Shown: positions 53,910 through 64,000 of the stretch, piece after piece
Numbering within the stretch: position 1 is the first letter of the stretch
Layout of the letters: the number at the start of each line of letters is the position of its first letter
DNA from: Octopus sinensis
Lineage: Eukaryota
Length of the DNA: 64,000 nt
Assembly: GCF_006345805.1 (NCBI RefSeq)
Contig: NC_043002.1
Coordinates: 13,020,001 to 13,084,000, forward strand
Direction: 5' to 3'
Translations under genes and position numbers: made by a program
The notes under the pieces: generated by a model
Told to the model about the DNA's origin: nothing
What the model saw: the letters and a program-made list of their open reading frames with translations, nothing else
Database searches by the model: none

Positions 53910-54338
53910 GCTCTGATGAAGTTTCGTGATTCAGTTTAATATAACTAATTACCTACAATGATAACTGTTTGTTCCTTCTCGAGAAACGCCTGGCTCATTA
54001 GGGCCGGTTTCCCGGTTTCCTTGGCGTATAGGTTTCCCACCTAGACGGGACGCCGGTCCGTCGCAGGTGAGCTGCAAGATGCAGGAGGAAAGAGTGAGAG
54101 AAAGTTGTGGCGAAAGAGCAAAAGTTCGCCATTACCTTCTGCCGGAGCCGTGTGGAGCTTAGGTGTTTTCGCTCATAAACACACACATCGCCCGGTCTGA
54201 GATTCGAACTCGCGATCCCTCGACCACGAGTCCGCTGCTCTAACCACTAGGCCATGTGCCTCCACACAATGATAACTATTATCACTATTACTGTGGTGGT
54301 TAAAACTGAGGACCACGCTAACAGAAACAGCTGTAAGT
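53910..54338 (+). ncRNA. Hammerhead motif split by a SINE insertion in the stem II loop
   Basis: gct-CTGATGA (53913) ... GAAA-CAGCTG-TA-agt (54324-54338); cagttt/aaactg and gtg/cac pair across the insert. Confidence 0.55.
53967..54265 (-). mobile_element. SINE family C with 12-bp TSD
   Basis: acaatgataact at 53955-53966 and 54266-54277. Confidence 0.85.
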
Positions 54339-54841
54339 TGAGATTCTGTCATTTTGTAATTAATTAATGAATGACAGTTGATTAAATCAATTTTTATTCA
54401 TCAATTGTATTTCCATTTTCTGTTTTCCTTATACGTAGATTTGAGTGTGTGTGTGTGTGTTTGAGTGTGTCTCTGTGTGTGTGTGTGTGTCTGTGTCTGT
54501 GTCTGTGTCTGTGTGTGTTTGTGTGAGTGAGTGTGTGAGTGTGTGTGTTTGTGTGTCTGTGTTTCTCCCCACCACCATCGCTTGAGAAGCGAATTTGGTG
54601 TGTTTACCTCCCCGTGACTTAGGGGTTCGGCAAAACAGACCTGATAGAATAAGTACTAGGCTTGCAATGAATAAGTCCTGGGGTCTTATTTTGTTCGACT
54701 AAAGGCGGTGCTCCAGCATGACCGCAGTGAACTGACTGAAAGAAGTAAAGGAATAAAAGAATAAAATACATATATATACATATATATATATACACATATA
54801 TATATACACATATATTATATATATTATACACATATATATAT

Positions 54842-54882
<41 letters not shown>

Positions 54883-55827
54883 TATATATACATATATTTA
54901 CACACACACACACATGTATAAACATACATAAATGCACACACACACATACACACTTGCGTGCCTATGTAAAGCTAGTGCTTCCATACCTCCCTTAATCAGC
55001 TGTTTGTCAATTTTATCCTTCTACTTGAAACTATAGTTATGACTGTATGTGATGGAAACTGTGTGTTTGTGTCATATACAGAATACTCTCTCTCTCTCTC
55101 TCTCTCTCTGTTTCCCTCTCTCATTCACTCACTCTATCTCTCTGTTCTCTCTCTCTCTCTCTGTTTCTCTCTCTCTCTCTCTCCCTCTGTCTTTCTCCAT
55201 CTCTCTCTCTTTTTCTCTACCTACCTACCTACCTACCTATCTATCTATATATCTATCTATCTATTATTCTATCTATCTATCCCACACTATTCGATGTAAA
55301 AGATGACATGAGAAATATGCAAATATTTTTAAAAGGATATTCGAATGCATACCAATTTAAAAGAAAATCATTTTTCTTTCAATACTTTCTCCTTTTAGTC
55401 TTATGATTTAAAAGCTCAAACAAACAAACAAACAGCGAGTGTTTTATCACATATGGTGTTTTACAAAGCTTAACAATAAAAATCACCTCCTTATGATCAA
55501 TGGCACACATGTTTATCGTTCAAAACGGTTTTTACTTACCTAACAACACCATCTGCTTTAAAACCATTAATACTTTAAGTCCTTTAATCACCATCTTTCA
55601 GTATGTGTATTCGTAATCACCCCCAAACATCGTCTAACTAGGAATTGCTTGTGGCACGAAATAGCTAGAGGAAAACAGCGAAGTTACACACAAATACACG
55701 CTTACAAATATATAGAGATAGGTATGTGTGCTAGTGTAGGACATTTAACCCCATAGACAATAACCGTTCCCTCTCCAAGGACAATTACATCTGGGGACAA
55801 CAAATGATGGTCTAAAAGTTCTTAATA

Positions 55828-56394
55828 TTAGGTCTGTCCGGAAAGTTCGTGCCGATTTATAGCAGCTTAAACTTCGTCTTATTTTAGAACATGGTTGAGT
55901 CCATAAAATAGGATTTAACTACACCTCCATTTAGAGCAGAGTTTAAGCTATTTTTTCGTGGAAGAAGGTTTATGTTCCTTTAACCTGTGTTAATTCTGTA
56001 ACCCTTTAAAATGGAAAATAAGAAAGTTCATTTTCGGCATTTGATGCTTTGGGAACCAGATAAAAATTGCTGCAGCTCAGCCGGGATGTGTTACCCCACC
56101 CTCCATATTCACCAGATATTGCTCCTTCGGATTTCCATTTATTCAGGTGTCTGCAGAATAGTCTTAATGGTAAAAATTTCAATTCCTTGGATGATGTAAA
56201 AAGATACCTTGATGAATTATTTGCCATGAAACCACCTCAATTCTGAGAAGTGGGTATTTTCAAGTTAAAGGAAAGATAGAGACGCATTGTGCAACAAAAT
56301 GGTTCATATTTGGTTGATTAAAAATGTAATAGCAAGTATTTATTGACCTTTTTCTTTCCTTTAAAAATCAGCACGAACTTTCCGGACAATCCAA
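55828..56394 (+). mobile_element. Non-autonomous mariner (internal deletion), about 30-bp TIRs, TA TSD
   Basis: TIR core tgtccggaaagttcgtgc.gattt at both ends; MENKKVHFRHLMLWE fused to VLPHPPYSPDIAPSDFHLF. Confidence 0.92.
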
Positions 56395-56424
56395 TATATT
56401 GGAGAGGGAGTAATTAACCAAGGC

Positions 56425-57190
56425 ACTGACTTTGCTGACAACTTCGCTCTTATCAGTGATTCTCTCTCCAGTGCCCAGTCTCTTTTGCAATCTCTTGAAC
56501 AAGCCTCAAATTGTGTAGGTCTTTACCTCAATGAGGCCAAGACTGAATACATAAACAAGTGCCTGTCCAACAGTGATTGCATCATCCATACTCTCAACAA
56601 TGCGCCCTTAAATATGGTTTCTGATTACAAATATCTTGGGTCATACATATCATCATCTGGAAAAGACTTTCTAACTAGAAAGGGTATGGCTGGTCAGCCT
56701 GTAATGACATGCATAAGATCTGGTCATCAAATCTAAGTAGAGACTTCAAACTTGAAATCTTCAAAGCCACAGTCGAACCAATTCTACTATATGGCTCAGA
56801 AACCTGGACGTTATCAAAGAAGCTTGAGAGGCGGTTGGATGGAACCTACACTCGCCTCCTTATGAGGGCTAAAAATCTCTCGTGGAAGCGCCATCCAACC
56901 AAAATGCAAATATATGGGAAACTACACCTGTCATCTTGTGAAAGGTTAGAGAGTCCAGTTTGCTGGACATTGTTGTAGAGAGCTAAAAAAGAGGTAATTT
57001 CTACTCTTCTCCTCGGAAGCCATCTACTGCAATACCAGAGGCGCACACTCTCCTACCCTGATGTAATCTCCAGGGATAAGGCATCAGCAACAGGACCTCC
57101 GTAATGCTATGATGGACCGTGAAGTCTGGCGTAGCGTGGTAAATTCCATTGTCTCGACCACGGTCGAACAATGATCATGATGATGATGTA
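56425..57190 (+). mobile_element. 5'-truncated RTE-clade LINE with (TGA)n tail
   Basis: DFADNFALI...LYLNEAKTE...YKYLGSYI...PILLYGSETWTL. Confidence 0.85.
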
Positions 57191-57429
57191 ATGAAACAAA
57201 GAGTGTAATTGTTCTAGGAGATAGTTATAGTCGGGGCTATTGTCCTATGGGGAATAATTGTCCTGATACGATATGTGTGTGTGTGTGTGCGCGCGTGTGA
57301 GTGTTCGTTTGTGCGTGCATGTGTGTGTACATATATACTTCGTGTCCTACAAATGTATCACAATTCAGCATATGATAAGTCATGTAGTTTGCATTTCTTT
57401 GTAGTGTTAAGCCATTAGAAATAATCTTT

Positions 57430-58453
57430 TCTACTATTTCAGGCACAAGGCCTAAAATTTTCGAGGGAGGAGACCAGTCGCTTTCATCGACTCCAGCGTT
57501 TCACTGGTACTTAATTTATCGACCCCGATAGGACAGAAGGCTAAGTCGAACTCGGCGGAATTTGAACTCAGAACTTAGTGACGGACGAAATACCAATTTA
57601 TTTACTACCCATAAGGGGCTACACACAGAGGGAACAAACAAGGACAGACAAACGGATTAAGTCGATTATATCGACTCCAGTGCGTAACTGGTACTTATTT
57701 AATCGACCTCGAAAGGATGGAAGGCAAAGTCGACCTCGGCGGAATTTGAACTCGGAACGTAGCGATGGACGAAATAACAATTTATTTACTACCCACAAGG
57801 GGCTACACACAGAGTGGACAAACAAGGACAGACAAACGGATTAAGTCGATTATATCGACACCAATGCGTAACTGATACTTATTTAATCGACCCTGAAGGA
57901 TGACAGGCTAAGTCGACCTCGGCAGAATTTGAACTCAGAACGTGGCGGCAGACGAAATTTCACTAAGCATTTTGTCCGGCGTATACCATTAGGAGGAGCA
58001 AAGCTATGATTTGAACAATGTGTGAATACATTCTGGGGACACCTGTATAGTTTAGATAACTTAGATTGTTTTTTTTTTTCCATTAACGGCCCCGGTCATG
58101 ATTAACTGAATTCTTATTTCTTTTATTGCCCACAAAGGGCTAAACATAGTGGAGACAAATAAGGACAGACAAAGGGATTAAGTCGATTACGACGATCCCA
58201 GTGCGTAACTGGTACTTAATTTATCGACCCCGAAAGGATGAAAGGCAAAGTCGACCTCGGCGGAATTTGAAAGCAGAACGTAGCGGCAGATGAAATACCT
58301 CTAAGCTTTTACCCGGCGTATACCATTAGAAATAATGAAGGGAGCAAAGCTATGATTTGAACAATGTGCGAATACATTTTGTGAACACTCTTTATAGTTT
58401 AGATAACTTAGATTGATTTTTTTTTCCATTAACGGCCCCGACCATGATTAACT
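57430..58453 (-). mobile_element. SINE family A trimer plus local duplication of SINE and about 130-bp flank
   Basis: Junctions at 57595/57594 and 57779/57778; flank tataccattag...cattaacggcccc...catgattaact at 57982-58107 and 58320-58453. Confidence 0.85.
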
Positions 58454-58559
58454 TAAATCTGCCACAGAGTTTTAGAATTAATGCAGCTGGATAAGATAAG
58501 CTGCTGGTGACAGATGTTAATCTCTGCATGGATAAAATACGTAGTAAAAAGCCATACGT

Positions 58560-58850
58560 GATTCAACAAAACTTAACACTTTCGACTAAACCCACGTGAT
58601 TTAATATATGTCAGATAATTTTTATTATGATACAGCACCAAACTTGAGTCCTCCAAAATGGCCAGATTTAAATTTCATGGATTACTACGTTTGGAACATT
58701 GTTCAAAGGGAGGTAACTGATATTTTTACATCGCCATAGCTTCATTGAAGGTCACCATTCTCCAGGCAACTTCGAAAATGAATAGAGATCACTTAAGGAC
58801 CATCAAAGCTGAAAGCAGAGTCATAGAATAATCTTATAAGAAAGCTTATC
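58560..58850 (+). mobile_element. Tc1/mariner-superfamily transposase C-terminal remnant
   Basis: PNLSPPKWPDLNFMDYYVWNIVQRE resembles the WPPNSPDLNPMDY-type motif. Confidence 0.6.
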
Positions 58851-59304
58851 GAGAAAGTGAACACGTTTTTATTAAAATACATTTAATTTTATCTTGAGTT
58901 GCTTTATCAAATTATCAAATATGTTCTCAAATACCTCTTGCACCGTTTAGTAAAAGAATAATATATGCTACTACGCCATACTTGTTTTCAATGAGCCTAT
59001 CATTGTGTGTGTGTGTGTGTTGTGTGTGTGTGTGTGTGTGTGCGCGCGCCTGTGTGTGTGATTGGGTGTATGTGCCCGAACGTAGATATACGCGGTTGGT
59101 GCCCAAGGGGACAGTATGCCTACTGGAAATAAGAGACCCGTCCGTGGTCTTTGTCAAGGCATCCCTCTAAAAGGAGGCTAACCCGCATATGAAACCCGCT
59201 TCTCTGCTGAGCTGGATATCTTGCACTTTGCTTCTCTCAGCTTTTTCGTATTGCTAGTGACAACCGTTTTGATGTTTGGTTATGTGTATGAATGTATGTA
59301 TGTA

Positions 59305-59735
59305 TACTCTTTTGCTCTTTTACTTGTTTCAGGCATTTGACTGTGGCCACGCTGGAGCACCGGCTATAGTCGAGCAAATCGATCCCCGGAATTATTCATT
59401 GTAAGCCTAGTACTTATTCTATGGGTCTCTTTTTGTCGAACCGCTAAGTTACGGGGACGTAAGCACACCAGCATCGGTTGTCGAGTGATGGGGGGGAACA
59501 AACACAGACACACAAACATATATACACACATATACACATACACACACACATATATATATACATATATACGACGGGCTTCTTTCAGCTTCCGTCTACTAAA
59601 TCCACTCACAAGGCTTTGGTCTGTCCGAGGCTATAGCAGAAGACACTTGCCCAAGGTACAACCCAGTGGGACTGAACCCGGAATCATGTGGTTGGTAAGC
59701 TAGCTACTTATCACACAGCCACTCCTGCGCCTATG
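59305..59735 (-). mobile_element. SINE family B
   Basis: Near full length. Confidence 0.85.
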
Positions 59736-59769
59736 AGCATGAACGTCGAAATAAATATCAATGGAAATA

Positions 59770-60238
59770 GTAGTTATGATGCCTGTGCCGGTGGCACATT
59801 AAAGCACTATCCGAACGTGGCCGATGCCAGCGACGCCCCGACTGGCTTCTGTACCGGTGGCACATAAAAAGCACCATCCGAACGTGGCCGATGCCAGCGC
59901 CGCCCCGACTGGCCCCTGTGCCGGTGGCACGTGAAAAAGACCATCCGAACGTTGCCAGCGTCGCCTTGGCTGGCTTCCGTGCCGCTGGCACGTTAAAAGC
60001 TCCAACCGATCGTGACCGATGTCGGACCCCCCCCTGGCACCTGTGCAGGTGGCACGTAAAAAGCACCCACTACACTCGCGGAGTGGTTGGCGTTAGGAAG
60101 GGCATCCAGCCGTAGAAACTCTGCCAGATCAGACTGGAGCCTGGAGTAGCCCCTGGCTTCCCAGACCCCGGTCGAACCGTCCAACCCGTGCTAGCGCGGA
60201 AAACGGACGTTAAACGATGATGATGATGATGATGATGA

Positions 60239-60240
<2 letters not shown>
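59770..60240 (+). mobile_element. RTE-tailed non-coding element carrying five 61-67-bp hairpin-bearing repeats
   Basis: GTGCC-GGT-GGCAC-type hairpins at 59785, 59851, 59918, 59979 and 60043; then ggcgttaggaagggcatccagccgtagaaac and a (GAT)n tail. Confidence 0.7.
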
Positions 60241-60278
<38 letters not shown>

Positions 60279-60841
60279 ATATATATATATATATATATAT
60301 ATGTATACATATATACATGCATGTGTATACATACAACGTTCACACACACACACTTATATTTTATATGTAAATAAATATGTATGTGCGTATATGTATGCAT
60401 GCAGGGCTGGGGGAGTGAGCGGAAATTTCGTCTGGCGATTATGAGCATCCAAATTCGATTCCATGGCCTAGCATGTCGTTTTACGATAGTATCATATGCC
60501 ATAGACTCGAGATGATGAGAAGTCTTGCGAATGATATACGGGAGACAGAAATTCTACGGGTGGGCCATCAAATGGGTTGGACCTGAAATTCAAAACTCCA
60601 GTCATGCCACATTGTGTCTTTTGACATTCTGCACGAGAGCTGCGTTAAGAAACAACATATATATATATACACACATACATACATGCATATACATATACAC
60701 ATACATATACATATACATATATATATATATGTATGTGTGTGTATATATATATATAATATATATATATATATATACGCACACCCACCCACATATATGTGCG
60801 TACTTGTATATATACAACATATATATGTACATGTGTATATA

Positions 60842-60879
<38 letters not shown>

Positions 60880-61131
60880 GGAGAGAGAGAGATAAATACA
60901 CATACATATACTCCTGTACATGCGTATATATACACATGTAAATGTCAGTGCGCATGCGTTTGTGTGGTTCTGTGTGCGTCTGTTTTCTTTGACTCTATAC
61001 CTGTGTGTTTATGTGTTTGTTTGAAACATGAGTATGTAACTATACAAGTAACGGGAATATTTAATCTTGTCTGTGTTGTGCCTATATATATTTGCATACG
61101 TTTGCCTTTATTTGCCTTTGTACCACTAATA

Positions 61132-61179
<48 letters not shown>

Positions 61180-61499
61180 CACACATACATACGTATATGT
61201 GTAAGTGTATGTATGTGTACGTGTGTGTGTGTGGTGAGATGTGTGCGTATTCGTTATGTGTGGGGATGTGTTTACGTATGTTTGTCTTTGGCGGAGCTAA
61301 CAGTGAAGTCTACGTTATGTTTACGCCAATCTAATATTTCAACAGGTTTCTACGACTCAGCATGAATAACGTCACTTTCATCCAGTTTACATGCATCAGT
61401 CACGTGCTTCAGTACTTAGGTAGGAAGGTAGGTGGGTAGGTAGGTAGGTAGGTAGATAGATAGATAGAGATAGATAGATAGATAGATAGATGATGGATG

Positions 61500-61567
<68 letters not shown>

Positions 61568-63085
61568 TGTTTCTTTATTAGCCACACAGGGCTGCACACA
61601 GATAGAACAAATTACAAGGTAGAGCTTTTCTTTTGAAGGTTTAAAAAATAAAAAAATTAAAAAATAAAAAAATAAAAAAATAAAATAAAAATAAAATAAA
61701 AAAGGGGGGGCGATCAAAAGGGATCGTAAAAGGAGAGAAAGAGGACAAAAAAAGGGGGGGTTAAAAAAAGGGGGAGAGGAAAAAAATTGATCAATAGGGA
61801 TCGTTATCACAGAAATGTCAATATGAAGTGTAAAGGGGAGGACAGGTGAGGTTTACCCGTGGAAAGAAAAGCCTACGGAAAAGACCACGGTAACCTCGGT
61901 CAATGAAGTCACATGTTATATTTCTTTTTTTTTTTTTTTTTTTTTGCAAATAAGCAACTCTCTGTATTAATTTTTACGGTTCATAGAATCATAGTCAAGG
62001 TGGCTTCGTCATTCATACGTGCCATCCTTGCTACATTCACCCATCTTTTTTTAAAACATTCACTAGACAAAACTTGCCTCTCTACTCTCACTTTTTTCTT
62101 CAAGTGATACTTGAAGAAGTTGATGAGAGATTGACCAGAGAGGAAAGTGTTTGTCTCTAATCCTTTCAGACGCGTCCACCAGATACATTCTTTCGCCATA
62201 GCCACAAGTATGATAAAAATAGCTCTTCCTTCCCGTTTGAAGGAAGGAGGCGTGACGATATTAACGATAGACTCGGCTGATAAACCGACACGTCCCACAC
62301 GTGATAGCAGTCGTTCGACATAAGCCCACAGGTGGGAAATTGCTGGACACTGCACGATTGCGTGCAGAGCGGTTTCGTCGCTCTGCCCGCATCTCGGGCA
62401 GGTCGGCCCCGTGTTTCTCGAGCCATGCCTATAGAGCTTATCCCGAACGGGTAGCGCTTCTCGGTAGCACCGCCAGGCCAGGGATCTCTGGAAGTTGTCC
62501 ATAGGTCCCGGGCCGAAAGTCGTTTGAAACAGGCGGGTCAGGTATTCCTCGTCGACGCCCAGGTTTGCCCCGAGCTCGTCGTCGTACCTCCCCTCCACTA
62601 ATCCCCTATAGAATGCTTTGGTTGTGTTGAAGTCACTCAAGGTCGACCCGGGACGGCAGAGTTGCTTGAGAGCAACGCGACACTCGCGGTGCCATCCGCC
62701 CTTCTTCGGCCTCTTTTTGATCCACGACTGTAGTTCGGTCATGGAGACGAGTTGCGGGAATGCGTGCCTCACAAACGGCGACCACACCTGTTCACCGTCG
62801 TCTACATAGAGCCGGAGATGTCGCAGTCTCAGCGCGTGTCTGCGCATCATCAACCACGGCATGCCCAGCCCTCCTTTTAACGGGTGTTGACAGCAAATGG
62901 ATCGCCTGACCATCGGGACGCATCCTTTCCACAAGAAGCGGAAGAGGATGCGTTCTAGTTTGGTGATGGTAGGGTCGGGACAAGGTACGACGGTCAGGCG
63001 GTAGTAGATGATGGACGCGATGTACGCGTTCACCACCTCCGCCCGACCTTTTAGGGACAGTTTCCTCTCGGCCCATTGCTGGGCA
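61568..63085 (-). mobile_element. 5'-truncated Tx1/L1-clade LINE inside a (TATC)n microsatellite
   Basis: Uninterrupted ORF end ([11 protein letters not shown]...FRFLWKG...GGLGMP...CPRCGQSDETALHAIVQCP zinc finger) to the stop at 61981; 3' UTR; AATAAA at 61579-61574; (GATA)n on both flanks. Confidence 0.9.
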
Positions 63086-63121
63086 GATAGATGGATGGAT
63101 GGATGGATGGATGGATGGATG

Positions 63122-63192
<71 letters not shown>

Positions 63193-63241
63193 GGATGGAT
63201 GGCTGGATGGATGGATGGATGGATGGATGGATGGATGGATG

Positions 63242-63276
<35 letters not shown>

Positions 63277-63452
63277 TGATTGATAGCTTGATAGACAGAC
63301 AGACAAACAAATAGACAGACAGACAGACGGACAGACAGATAGATAGATATATAGATAGATTGGTTGATTCATTGATTCATTGATTGGTTTACAGATAGAT
63401 AGATATGTAGACAGATAGACAAACAGACAGACAGATAGACAGACAGATATAT

Positions 63453-63509
<57 letters not shown>

Positions 63510-63931
63510 CAGATAGATAGACGGGCGGACAGAAAGATAGACAGACAGACAGTCAGAAAGATAGACCGAATTTGGCAAACGCTAATCAGTGTGTTCCTTT
63601 ATTTCTTGGAAGAACCCTGCTTTTCAAAGCTTTTGTTCACATCTGTTGTTATTTAGACCTGTGCATCTATCATAATTGTTACAATAGCAAATATATAACT
63701 TGGATAGAAGAGCTGTAGGCTTCTCATTTGTTATCCATTGGTATTCTTGCCCCAATTTTTTTTATAAAGGGACATTAGATCCGGTAGACAGGTAGACATG
63801 TTTCCGTTAGCGCTCTCAAACGACTTAGCATCACATACGTTTGTATATACACACATACATACGTATGTAGACAAATGCACCTATATTTGTGTACACGCCT
63901 CCATACATACATACATACATACATACATACA

Positions 63932-63965
<34 letters not shown>

Positions 63966-64000
63966 CATTCATACATTGCTTTACATTCACAGCGATACAC

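Noticed and set aside
55524-55660. Minus-strand exon ending at a strong AG|GTAAGT donor
   Set aside because: All three frames from the nearest acceptor contain stops; a non-coding exon cannot be supported from sequence alone
59782-60075. CRISPR array
   Set aside because: Eukaryotic context, no cas genes, spacers are homologous to each other, and the array sits within an RTE-tailed repeat
63086-63372. N-terminal (SIYL/SIHP)n extension of the 463-aa ORF
   Set aside because: Stop-free reading of (TATC/CATC)n upstream of a truncated LINE, not a real fusion

Overview
This is AT-rich eukaryotic genomic DNA saturated with microsatellites and transposon remnants. The SINE/LINE families resemble those I recall from octopod cephalopods, but that assignment is unverified. 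The only host genes I can support are two minus-strand paralogs encoding secreted proteins with six-cysteine chitin-binding type-2 (peritrophin-A/CBM14) domains. Gene B reconstructs fully by hand as three exons (44079-43767, 40237-40040, 36496-36303) joined by phase-1 introns, giving 234 aa with a signal peptide and three domains; exons 2 and 3 are absent from the ORF track. Gene A shows only exon 1 (9331-9061), which ends at the same A|GTGAGT phase-1 donor. The rest is R4/Dong-like, CR1, RTE, Tx1 and Penelope-like retroelements, mariner/Tc1/piggyBac/Helitron/MITE remnants and several tRNA-derived SINE families (labelled A-F here). The least expected layer is a set of type-I hammerhead-ribozyme motifs with palindromic helix III: one canonical, several near-canonical or decayed, and one split by a SINE. 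Several sit beside Penelope-like remnants or inside (TA)n tracts. Other points of interest are microsatellite-associated retroelement insertions ((TAA)n and (TATC)n), SINE concatemers with a fixed junction, and two long hairpins. Transposon boundaries are approximate unless a target-site duplication (TSD) is cited. Most ORFs in the track are microsatellite artefacts.
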